Position numbers and translations under genes: made by a program
The notes under the pieces: generated by a model
Seen by the model: the letters and a program-made list of their open reading frames with translations, nothing else
Database searches by the model: none
What the model was told of the DNA's origin: nothing
Shown here: positions 19,821 to 29,003 of the stretch, piece by piece
Layout: each line of letters starts with the position of its first letter
Numbering within the stretch: the stretch's first letter is position 1
DNA from: Sedimentisphaerales bacterium
Lineage (GTDB): Bacteria > Planctomycetota > Phycisphaerae > Sedimentisphaerales > SM23-30
Reading direction: 5' to 3' (one strand)
Assembly: GCA_963666285.1 (NCBI GenBank)
Contig: OY762711.1
Length of the DNA: 64,000 nucleotides

Positions 19821-20570
19821 ATGGAACGAAAAAGCTATATAGTTCAAATTAAATATGATGGTCGGAACTATTCTGGCTGGAGACGCCAAAGCCATGACCA
19901 AAACACTATCCAGCAGGTAATGGAAGAAACTCTTCGCAAAATGACCAATACCAAAGTAAATCTTCACGCGGCTAGCTGGACTGATGCCGGGGTACATGCA
20001 GATTGCCAGATAGCTGTAATGGTACTAAGACAAAACATTGATAAATATGACTTTATGGCAAAAGCAAATTCACTGTTTCCAGAAGACATACGTATCCTTG
20101 ACATAAATCCGGCCCCACCTGGATTTGATCCTATCGGCGGCAATCAAGGTAAACACTATAGATATACAATCTGGAACGGTCAGTCAGGACCTCCAGATAC
20201 GATGACCTGCTGGCATATAGCAAAGCCTTTATCTATTGAAAAAATGCAGATTGCTGCAGATATGCTTGTCGGAACTCATGATTTCCGCGGTATTAAGCTT
20301 GCGAAAGATAGAAGAAAAGATTGTGTGAGAACTATTTTTGCATGTCAAATAACAAGAGAGAATAGTACAATTTTTATCGATATAAAAGGTGACAATTTTA
20401 TCTATATGATGATAAGAACTTTAGCTTCAGCATTAGTTGAAATTGGAACTGAACAGAAAGCCCCTGAATCCATTAGTAAGCTGCTTTCTGCCAAAGATAA
20501 TCGCTTTGCACCTGTCCCAGCCCCAGGAAGCGGACTTTGCCTGTTAAAAATATATTTCGATGAAATATAG
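19821..20570 (+). CDS. truA: tRNA pseudouridine(38-40) synthase TruA (RTD motif reads WTD)
   Basis: YDGxxYxGW, TDAGVHA, KHYRY, GTHDF, APGSGLCL. Confidence 0.85.
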   Translation: MERKSYIVQIKYDGRNYSGWRRQSHDQNTIQQVMEETLRKMTNTKVNLHAASWTDAGVHADCQIAVMVLRQNIDKYDFMAKANSLFPEDIRILDINPAPPGFDPIGGNQGKHYRYTIWNGQSGPPDTMTCWHIAKPLSIEKMQIAADMLVGTHDFRGIKLAKDRRKDCVRTIFACQITRENSTIFIDIKGDNFIYMMIRTLASALVEIGTEQKAPESISKLLSAKDNRFAPVPAPGSGLCLLKIYFDEI

Positions 20571-20628
20571 ACTTAGAAAAAAAAACAACGTCATGTTAAA
20601 AAAAAGTCCCATTTATATCTTTTTATTG

Positions 20629-20965
20629 TTGACATAATCCTGCTAAATTTGATAAGATAAAATCTCATGAGAAGTGTTTAACTTTATCTAAGTTATTTCT
20701 ATAAGGAAATCTCTGGTAGCTTTCGCAAAAGCGTTTTTGTAATTAATATTTTATTTATTTTTATTTTTTTCAGGAGTTGAGAAGAGTTTTTTAAACTATA
20801 TTCCTTTTTCTAATTATTCAGATCAAGGTGTATATTATGTGGAAGGCTTTTCGGAAAAGGAGACCGTTATATTTCGGTCTAAAAGGTGGATGTGTTTTTG
20901 TTTAGCTTAGAAGGCTTTTTGAAAAGAGATGAGGTCTGGCCTGTCATTACTGACAGGCTTTTTTT
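20629..20965 (+). ncRNA. Candidate ~300-nt intergenic transcript (sRNA, or small-ORF mRNA/leader)
   Basis: TTGACA(20629) plus extended -10 TGnTAAGAT(20650-20658); terminator gcctgtca-ttac-tgacaggc-T7 at 20939-20965. Confidence 0.4.
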
Positions 20966-21209
20966 ATGTCAAAAAATATCCTACTCCATATTCAGCAATA
21001 ATAATTCGTACGAATTATTTGACTATTAAAATTACCTTTCCTATATTCTTATCAAGTGGAGTTCATATCAGCTTTGGTAATACATACAAGCTTTTTGAGG
21101 TATATCATTCTTTCAAAATTAATGCAATTAAGCATTAATATATCTCTGTGGTGTTTTTATAAATCATTATTTATATTTTTCACCATTATTGATTTTGGAG
21201 GTAATGATC

Positions 21210-22868
21210 ATGCTAAAAAAAATATTGTCTTTAGTAATTGTCTTTTTAGTCTCAAATAATATATTGGCTTCTCCTTTTTTCTCAGTAGATTCCGCAGAGG
21301 AATGGCAAACTGTTTTAAGAGCAGAACCAGGCAGCGGGCAATCATTTATCAGGCCCGCCAATCTAAATGATTGGGGTTTACAACAGCAAAATTATGAAGC
21401 CGGTCAGAAGATAGGAGAGCCATATGACCCGATTATATATGGCGATTTTGACATATCAGATCTACTATTATTTCCGGGAGATCCTTCTAACCCAGACGCC
21501 CCCGATGAAGACGTTCTGGTCATGGCATGGGGAACTCAAGACGATATTGGTACAGATAAAGATGTAACTGCTGGTTGGATTTACCAGTATGGCGTTGATC
21601 CGGATCTTAGTAATTGCACTATTAAACTAAAGGTGCACCCCCCTCCTGCAATTACAAACGTCACATTTGGCCTGACTGATATCAATGGTTATCAAATTAG
21701 CTGGAATTGGAATAACCCTGCGAATATTCCTTCTTCGCCGCCAAATCCTCCAACGCTTATTACAATTGATACTTCAAGCTGGCCTTCGTTTGGACCGGCT
21801 ACTCCTTCTCCTGCTGCATATGTATTTACTTATAATCCCTCTTTCGATATAACAAAAGTTGTGTCATTCTTTATCAACGAGACATTTCACTCAACACCAG
21901 GTACTTTTCCTCTGCCAGTTCCCGGAGATGGAACAACAACCAAGCTATGGTGGAATGCCTGGGATGAGTTTGAAGTAACCCCAAACCCAATCGATCCTCC
22001 ACCTGTATACACCAAAAGCCACATCAAGTGGTCACAACCCCCTGTTATCAGAGATAATATGATCTACGGTTGGGACCAGTTGTCAGTGTTTGCAAATGAA
22101 GGCAGATACAAACTGGCAGTTGATGACTGGGAATGTAAAGACCCCAGACCTGTAACAGACTTCCATTGGTGGGGTTCATTTATTGGCTGGACAGAGCCTG
22201 TTCCACCGTCAATAGTTCCAGACTATTTCCTGATAACTATCTGGACTGATATTCCAAAGGGAGTTGATGGATACCTGTATAGCCGCCCCGGCCAGTTAGT
22301 CTGGGCTCATAAATGTGATAAATGGGTATGGAACTACGCGGGGATTGATAAAGATCCTAGATCAAACTACTCACAATATGACAGAGACCTTTTCGGCGAT
22401 CCGATTCAAGGCGAAACCTGCTTCCAGTTTAATCAGCTTTTGAGCGAAGATGAATATTTCTACCAAAAAGGAGAGCGAAATATCTATTGGGTTAGCTTCG
22501 CTGCTGTGTATGAAAACCTGGATCCTACTGATCCCAAACAGGTACCATACCCTTGGGGATGGAAGACCAAACCTCATACAAACCTTGATATTGCCGGAGT
22601 CATTAATGACCTTTCCGGTTCTGTCACCCACCCTCCATATGGCAATACGGTTACAGGATTTTACCCTCTAGTTTTGCCTTTTCCACCAATTGGACCTGAC
22701 ATAGAACCTAAAGGAGAATTTTTTGACTACGCGTTTGAATTGTCAACAAATGCTCCAGACCCAACAAAATGTTATGGACTGGATGGTGACATAAATAACG
22801 ATTGTGTTGTAAACTTGGAAGACTTCGCTACGATGGCAAGTGACTGGTTAAAAACATCAACTAATTAA
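21210..22868 (+). CDS. Secreted Pro/Trp-rich protein with C-terminal dockerin-like tail
   Basis: SD GGAGG; signal peptide; KWSQPP...DDWEC...HWWGSF...WGWKT domain; tail GDINNDCVVNLEDFATMASDWL. Confidence 0.75.
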   Translation: MLKKILSLVIVFLVSNNILASPFFSVDSAEEWQTVLRAEPGSGQSFIRPANLNDWGLQQQNYEAGQKIGEPYDPIIYGDFDISDLLLFPGDPSNPDAPDEDVLVMAWGTQDDIGTDKDVTAGWIYQYGVDPDLSNCTIKLKVHPPPAITNVTFGLTDINGYQISWNWNNPANIPSSPPNPPTLITIDTSSWPSFGPATPSPAAYVFTYNPSFDITKVVSFFINETFHSTPGTFPLPVPGDGTTTKLWWNAWDEFEVTPNPIDPPPVYTKSHIKWSQPPVIRDNMIYGWDQLSVFANEGRYKLAVDDWECKDPRPVTDFHWWGSFIGWTEPVPPSIVPDYFLITIWTDIPKGVDGYLYSRPGQLVWAHKCDKWVWNYAGIDKDPRSNYSQYDRDLFGDPIQGETCFQFNQLLSEDEYFYQKGERNIYWVSFAAVYENLDPTDPKQVPYPWGWKTKPHTNLDIAGVINDLSGSVTHPPYGNTVTGFYPLVLPFPPIGPDIEPKGEFFDYAFELSTNAPDPTKCYGLDGDINNDCVVNLEDFATMASDWLKTSTN

Positions 22869-22966
22869 ATATACTTGAAAATATAATTATTGATTAATAC
22901 ATACTATTACTAATTATTATAAAAGTAAAATTTCGACTCTGATTATTCAACTCAAAAAGAGTTAGC

Positions 22967-23009
22967 AAAAAGTCCTCCTTTATCTATCGATAAGGAGGAC
23001 TTGTATTTT
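22967..23009. terminator. Bidirectional terminator between convergent genes
   Basis: aagtcctcctt ... aaggaggactt stem flanked by A- and T-rich tracts. Confidence 0.8.
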
Positions 23010-23030
23010 CTTGATTGGTAAAGTTTAATT

Positions 23031-23711
23031 TCATAAACCAGAGATATGAGAAGGCACATATTCCTGCTGCTGTGTAATCTCTGCCGGCTTATTCTTTTTA
23101 ATTGCTGCCTTTTGGCCAGTTAATTCAGCAGTTGTTGTCGTAATAACACTTTTAGCTTCAAGCTTTTTGAGAACATAATCAAATTCTGAATTATAAACAC
23201 TAGCAACAGCATCTTTTATCAATGTTACGGTCTTATGACGACTTCTAAGCCCTAAACCGGCATACTTAATCGAAGCTTCAAACCCGGCGCCAAAAATTAT
23301 ATAATGATCAAAATCAAAGTTATTGACCAGGCGTTCAAAGCGTTCACAAAGAAATGGATCAAACTCTCTGCGTTCAAAGATTACCTGACGGTACTTATCA
23401 AAAATGTCAGAAGCCAGATCACGCCTGTGTTCTGCACAAAAAACATAATTAGAAAATAAAGTAGTATAACTGACCTTTTTCTGGCCTTTAGTACCTTCAA
23501 TACAAAACTGAGGTTCAATAATATGATCTTCTTCCCGGCACGCTAAAGATGTCGAAATAACCGGTAGTTTATGAACCTTGGCCCAAGCCATAATTCTTCG
23601 CCACTTCAAAAGCATATCCTGCCTTTGAGATTCTAATGTAGGGAGCATATCGAACTGTGTATCGATATCAAGAACTACTTTTTTTTCTCTTTTTCTAAAT
23701 AACTTTGCCAT
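23031..23711 (-). CDS. Isochorismatase/nicotinamidase-fold protein lacking the catalytic Cys
   Basis: VVLDIDTQFD, FCIEGTKG, IKDAV; GAGFEASI where GxxTxxC is expected. Confidence 0.7.
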   Translation of the reverse strand: MAKLFRKREKKVVLDIDTQFDMLPTLESQRQDMLLKWRRIMAWAKVHKLPVISTSLACREEDHIIEPQFCIEGTKGQKKVSYTTLFSNYVFCAEHRRDLASDIFDKYRQVIFERREFDPFLCERFERLVNNFDFDHYIIFGAGFEASIKYAGLGLRSRHKTVTLIKDAVASVYNSEFDYVLKKLEAKSVITTTTAELTGQKAAIKKNKPAEITQQQEYVPSHISGL

Positions 23712-23984
23712 AACCTACTTTACTCGCTCATCAAAGGTTCTACTTTTACCAACTCCTTATCTCACTTTACGTTTTCGACTATATAATTATGCCACTAAAG
23801 CTAAATATTTATCAAAATAAGAAAAATGAACTACCTACTCTCGCTATTACAGCTCATTTTCTTTTGTAAGATTCTACATACCAATAAGTAAAATCGCCTA
23901 GTTGAAGTCTTGCCCAAATTGTTTTTTTTTTATAATATATTCAGTCTCGACAACATAATATTACTTGCTTAGGAGATTGTTTTT

Positions 23985-24608
23985 TTGACTCTAACAACTA
24001 AAGACATAGAAGTAAAACCAGATAAACTATTTGAAGGAATAGACTTACAAGAGCTATTCCCCAATAGAAACCCACTAGAAATTGAAATTGGTTCAGGTAA
24101 GGGTAACTTTATTAGAGGGCAGGCAGCCGCCCATAAAGATATAAATTTTATCGGAATTGAATGGGCAAATAAGTTCTATAGACACTTTGTTGATCGTGCT
24201 GCCAGAGAAGATTTATCAAATGTAAGGGTTATAAGGACAAATGCCAGTGATTTTATAGAAAAGTATGTCTATGACGAGTCGGTACAGTCTGTCTATATCT
24301 TCTTTCCCGACCCATGGCCTAAAACCAGGCATAATATGAGAAGGTTTATGACAGAACCAAACATCCATAACGTCCACCGCATACTTAAGCCGGGTGGAAA
24401 ACTGCTTTTTGTCACAGACCATGCAGGTTATTACGAATGGACAAAAGCAATGTTTTATGCTAACACAAACGTAAGCAAACTGTTTAAAAAGATTGCTTTT
24501 CCTAAGTTGACAAACGCTCGTGCTGGAGAAATAGTTGGAACAAATTATGAGCGAAAATACATCAAAGAGGGCCGACCATTCTACAAGTTAGCATTTGTGA
24601 AAATCTAG
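23985..24608 (+). CDS. trmB: tRNA (guanine-N7) methyltransferase
   Basis: EIGSGKG, NFIGIE, FFPDPWPK, TDHAGY, TNYERK. Confidence 0.95.
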   Translation: MTLTTKDIEVKPDKLFEGIDLQELFPNRNPLEIEIGSGKGNFIRGQAAAHKDINFIGIEWANKFYRHFVDRAAREDLSNVRVIRTNASDFIEKYVYDESVQSVYIFFPDPWPKTRHNMRRFMTEPNIHNVHRILKPGGKLLFVTDHAGYYEWTKAMFYANTNVSKLFKKIAFPKLTNARAGEIVGTNYERKYIKEGRPFYKLAFVKI

Positions 24609-24622
24609 CCGTTTTATAACTA

Positions 24623-25795
24623 CTACAGCTTAAAACCAAAACCGGAAAGCATTTTTTTAACTTCGTTTTCAATGGAGTTGCTCCCATTCAAAACTATTTT
24701 TGTATTCGCGGCCTCTCGCCTTATAGGATAATTTTTTCGCAAATGGTCAAAATATGAACCAATATTACCAGGTTCTTTAGAAAGAATTTCTCTCATATTT
24801 GAATCGTCATATTGAATGTCATATATAGATTTTACTGCTGATGAAAGTACTTCTTCAGCAGTGTTAAATCTGGAAAGGTCATATTCGAGACATTTAACTG
24901 ATGGTTCAGGCATAAACTCTGAAGAATCAATATGTGGCTCCATATCGATAAAACCACATAATGCTTCATAAAGCATTCTTGTCCCGTTTACCTTGCCATC
25001 AAAGGAATAGCCTGCTATATGGGGAGTAGCAATCTGTGTCATTTTCACCAGTTCCAAATCAGGAGTTGGCTCATTTTCCCATACATCGAGAATAGCATGA
25101 TTACTACTATGTTCTGCTAACCAGCCTTTAAGTGAGTTATTACATACTACCGGCCCGCGAGAGGAATTAATTAAAATCGAATTATGACCTAAAAGTGATA
25201 ATTCCTGTTCAGATAAGAGATGATAAGTTTTATCTGTGCCTTCTTTTGTTAATGGAACATGGCAGGTAACTATATCAGCGTTAAGAACTTCTTCAAGAGA
25301 CGAATACCTGTCCGAATCAGAAATTCTAGCTAAAGGAGGGTCATTAAGCAAAACTTTCATTCCAATAGCTTTTGCCTTAGCTTCAACCAGAGTCCCAATA
25401 TTACCTACTCCGATAATGCCTATACTTTTATCAGACAAAGAAAACGATAGCCTCCCTGCCATAACGAGCAAGGCAGAAAATACATATTCAGCTACAGAAT
25501 TAGCATTAGAACCGGCAGAATTAGTAAAAAATATTCCTCTTTTTTTTAGGTATTCCTGATCAATATGATCAATTCCTATCGTAGCTGTACCAACAAATTT
25601 AATTTTAGAATCATGCAAGAGTGATTCATTTACTTGCGTTACAGACCTGACAAGAAGCACATCTGCATCAGATACGATTTTACTGGTTATCTCTCTGGCA
25701 GAAAGAGTGTTAACTTCCCCTATCTCATTAAAAAATTCGTTTACATATGGGATATTTTCATCAGCAACAATCTTATATTTATAATTATTCTGCAT
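24623..25795 (-). CDS. pdxB: Erythronate-4-phosphate dehydrogenase
   Basis: ADENIP, VRSVT, GTATIGIDH, NANSVAEY, GVGNIG, DVWENEP, TPHIAGYS, LRKNYPIRRE. Confidence 0.93.
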   Translation of the reverse strand: MQNNYKYKIVADENIPYVNEFFNEIGEVNTLSAREITSKIVSDADVLLVRSVTQVNESLLHDSKIKFVGTATIGIDHIDQEYLKKRGIFFTNSAGSNANSVAEYVFSALLVMAGRLSFSLSDKSIGIIGVGNIGTLVEAKAKAIGMKVLLNDPPLARISDSDRYSSLEEVLNADIVTCHVPLTKEGTDKTYHLLSEQELSLLGHNSILINSSRGPVVCNNSLKGWLAEHSSNHAILDVWENEPTPDLELVKMTQIATPHIAGYSFDGKVNGTRMLYEALCGFIDMEPHIDSSEFMPEPSVKCLEYDLSRFNTAEEVLSSAVKSIYDIQYDDSNMREILSKEPGNIGSYFDHLRKNYPIRREAANTKIVLNGSNSIENEVKKMLSGFGFKL

Positions 25796-25916
25796 ATAGT
25801 TCAAACCTGCGTTTTATAGAAGCCTGGTTCATATTTCTTCAAAGTTGTTCTAAGATAAAACTATCAAATTGCAATAAAACTATTGACCTATTTATCTAAT
25901 TATTTATCATATAAAG

Positions 25917-26006
25917 CCTTAAACTAAAAGTATTGCTGCCGCTTACCTCCCTTCAGGCAGCATTCACCGGCAAGTGGAACTCCCAGACACTTGCCGGACT
26001 TTTTTT
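25917..26006 (+). ncRNA. Candidate ~90-nt sRNA with two CUCCC-loop hairpins
   Basis: Promoter TTGACC(25883)-16 bp-TATCAT(25905); hairpin tgctgcc/ggcagca; hairpin ccggcaagtg/cacttgccgg followed by T7; both flanking genes are on the minus strand. Confidence 0.6.
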
Positions 26007-26090
26007 CCGGCTGGTATCATAGGCAATGTTATATTAAAAGGGAAATTATAACTAGAATTGGTTTTTGAAACAAGCTGTAGTAAAAATAGT

Positions 26091-27146
26091 TTAGGCATGC
26101 TCTGCTAATTTTTGCCGTATCAGATCTGCCCTGAACTGATCTCTGTGGGCTGCTTCCAGATTGTTTCCACATAGAAATTGTAGATGAGCCGGTTGTACAA
26201 GCAGCATTATTTCATTAATTACTCTTAAGGGTATCTCAATTTTTCCCATGGACACTCCCATACGCAACTGACTTAGGAAAAACATCGCTTCCTGAGAAGT
26301 AATCAACCTTGCATTTGTCAGGATACCCATCGCCCTGTATATCTTGTCATCCACCAAAACAGGGGATTCTTTTAATAGCTTTTCACGAGCCCGGCGTTCA
26401 TATTCAACAATAGGTTCAATCGCTAAACTTGTTATCTCTTCAATAATCTGTTCTTCTGTTTTACCTAAGGTTGTTTGATTTGAGACCTGAAATAAATCCC
26501 CGGCAGGCTCGCTGCCTTCGCCATGTTGACCGCGAACAGCAAGATGCATATCTCTTGCCGCATTTAATACCTTCTCAATCTGCTTAGTAATATGCAATGC
26601 AGGTAAATGCAGCATTGCCGAAATTCTTATACCAGTACCTACATTAGTTGGACATGCGGTTAAATATCCATATTGAGCAGAAAAAGCATAACTGACCTTC
26701 TCCTGAAACTTATCTTCAATACCAATGACTTCCTTCCATGCAGAATCAATATCCAATCCACTGCTGAAAGCCTGTATCCGAAGATGGTCTTCTTCGTTGA
26801 TCATAACAGAAAGAGATTCATTAGGTGATACTACAACGGCAGTACCTTCACAATCATTAGCAAGCCTCTCTGTTATAATATAACGCTCAGCCAAAATTGC
26901 ACGTTCCAAAGGCAGCATATTTTCTAAACTTTTGAATACCATATTTTCTGAATAAAATGGCATTTTCAGCTGCTCGGCCGCAAATTCAATAATTTCCTGA
27001 CGTTTTTCTTTACATGCCCTGGAGACAAACGGAAACCCAGAAAAATTTCTGGCCAACCGTACCCTGCTGGATATTACAATATCAGATAACGGTCCTGAAC
27101 CATCCATCCATTCAGCCAGATTGTGATAATTCCCGCTTATATCCAT
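26091..27146 (-). CDS. mcsB: Protein arginine kinase McsB
   Basis: SSRVRLARN, INEEDHLR, GYLTACPTNVGTG, FQVSNQTTLG. Confidence 0.95.
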   Translation of the reverse strand: MDISGNYHNLAEWMDGSGPLSDIVISSRVRLARNFSGFPFVSRACKEKRQEIIEFAAEQLKMPFYSENMVFKSLENMLPLERAILAERYIITERLANDCEGTAVVVSPNESLSVMINEEDHLRIQAFSSGLDIDSAWKEVIGIEDKFQEKVSYAFSAQYGYLTACPTNVGTGIRISAMLHLPALHITKQIEKVLNAARDMHLAVRGQHGEGSEPAGDLFQVSNQTTLGKTEEQIIEEITSLAIEPIVEYERRAREKLLKESPVLVDDKIYRAMGILTNARLITSQEAMFFLSQLRMGVSMGKIEIPLRVINEIMLLVQPAHLQFLCGNNLEAAHRDQFRADLIRQKLAEHA

Positions 27147-27160
27147 AAAACTCACCAAAT

Positions 27161-27655
27161 TTAACAATTATTAGTATGAGACAGCTGAGATATTTCATCT
27201 CTGATCTTAGCAGCTGCTTCATAATCTTCTTTATCTAACGCTCGCTGTAGCTCATGCTTGAGCTTCATACATTTAAGTTGATTAGCTCCCGATCTGGCAG
27301 CTTCTCCGGCATTACGGCCAATATGCCTGGTAGCACCTTCATGCGCCCTGGCTATTACCTGCTCAATAGCTTCACCAAAAACATCATAGTCATTTGGACA
27401 TCCCAACAGACCTGTCTTTCTAAACTCTGCCCAGTTCATATTGCAGTCGGGGCAGGTAATTTCATTTAATTTATCAACTTCCTTGTGCGCATCTACCAGA
27501 TGATTAAACATTTTATCAAGAGGAACATGTGACTTAACAACAATACCCTCTTCAGAAGCACATTCTTTACAAAGGTGCCTTTCTACTTTTTCACCATTAT
27601 TTACTTCCGTCAGGTGAACAGTAGCCTGGTTTTGTTGACATTTATCACATTTCAT
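27161..27655 (-). CDS. mcsA: McsA activator (CxxC motifs plus UVR domain)
   Basis: CDKC, CKEC, CPDC, GLLGCPNDY, EDYEAAAKIRDEI. Confidence 0.93.
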   Translation of the reverse strand: MKCDKCQQNQATVHLTEVNNGEKVERHLCKECASEEGIVVKSHVPLDKMFNHLVDAHKEVDKLNEITCPDCNMNWAEFRKTGLLGCPNDYDVFGEAIEQVIARAHEGATRHIGRNAGEAARSGANQLKCMKLKHELQRALDKEDYEAAAKIRDEISQLSHTNNC

Positions 27656-27811
27656 AGTTTCACTCCAGAAAACATTCCGGCATATCTTTTTCTCTTTTAG
27701 AGAGAAAGAAAGTCTCTTTACTAATATTCCTGCTCAACTAAATTATACAGCCAGCAAGATAAAAAACTAAACCTTATATTTAATAATAGTCATAAACACT
27801 ACTAAAAAGCA

Positions 27812-28204
27812 CTATAAAGTTACCATTGCCTTACAATTAGGGGCTTCCTCAACAACAACTTTCTCTAATTTAACTCCATCTGGTAGTGACGATATTACCT
27901 GGTTCATAAAATATTCTGCCATTCTCTCAGCTGTTGGCGGTCTATCCTTAAATAATGCCAGATTGTTCACAAGCGTACAACCAGAAAGAGGCATTGCAGC
28001 ACTTTTAACAATTTTCTCTAATTCGATGAAATCCATAACAAAACCATGACTATCAAGCTTTTCTGATAATACCTCAACCTCAACCTGCCAATGATGAGAA
28101 TGTGGAGGCTCTTCCGAACCATCAGCCAGAATTGTATAGTGTCTGGCCTCAAAGTCATGCTTTACTGATACTGAATACTTCATCTGTGTGCCTGTGCTTA
28201 TCAT
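27812..28204 (-). CDS. PTPS/QueD-family (COG0720) T-fold protein with an ExxH(S)H motif, PTPS-III-like
   Basis: FEARH, EEPPHSHHW, GFVMDF, PTAE, EEAP; no Cys before the His pair. Confidence 0.8.
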   Translation of the reverse strand: MISTGTQMKYSVSVKHDFEARHYTILADGSEEPPHSHHWQVEVEVLSEKLDSHGFVMDFIELEKIVKSAAMPLSGCTLVNNLALFKDRPPTAERMAEYFMNQVISSLPDGVKLEKVVVEEAPNCKAMVTL

Positions 28205-28581
28205 TTTTTCCTCAAATCACTTGATAATTTAATCATACTTAAAATACTAAAAAATATTTACTTTACGTTAATATCTTCGACTTTATTGCTTCATGGCTTT
28301 ATTTTCTGGCAAATCTCTGTAAAAAAACATGCAATTTTATTAAAAAACTATGCTTTTATGTTAAATATATGCAGGCCAGTATATTATATGCCAACTGTTA
28401 TGCTACTTTATAAGGGATTCTAGCATCTATTTATATAAAGATATTTGAGTAATAATAAGCTATTTTGTCAAAAGCGCCATATTTTCTTCGTCCTATAATA
28501 AAATAGATAAGACTGCTAAAAATATATTTTTTTATCTTTTTATTTCTTGACATGATATTAGCAAAAAAGTAATATAGAATT

Positions 28582-28878
28582 TGTCTTTTGAAAGCAATTT
28601 TTGATTTTCGTAAATTGAAGATGGGAGTTTGAGAGTTAGTTCTAAAGCTTGTCGGTTTACTGTTTCAAACGTACCTGATCATCAATATTACTCACAAATT
28701 GTTCTTTTACAAGTTACCCTTTCAGGGAATTTTTTCAGCTAAAATGCTGTTGTAGGATATTTTAATTTTAACAATAGGTGCTTTAGGCACATTTAATAAG
28801 CTATCTACTTTCTACTCTCTCTATGAGCTCTTTATTTGACTGAGTGCAACGCTCAGTCAAATTGAGAGCTATTTTTTT
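28582..28878 (+). ncRNA. Candidate structured ncRNA (~200-nt rod plus terminator; possibly 6S RNA)
   Basis: TTGACA(28547)-17 bp-TAATAT(28570); nested pairing 28623-28652 with 28796-28819; long terminator hairpin 28826-28870 followed by T7; no ORF. Confidence 0.5.
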
Positions 28879-29003
28879 AATACATGTGCAATAAACAGGT
28901 TACAACCATTCTTGCAATATATTGAATATATACATAGTAGAAATACCTATAGCTTCGGAAGATGGTTCAGAAATGAACAATGGTAATTACTTACCACATA
29001 ATT

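Noticed and set aside
20929..21259. ORFs 20929-21138 and 21056-21259
   Set aside because: The first runs through a terminator; both are AT-rich with no recognisable motifs or convincing SD.
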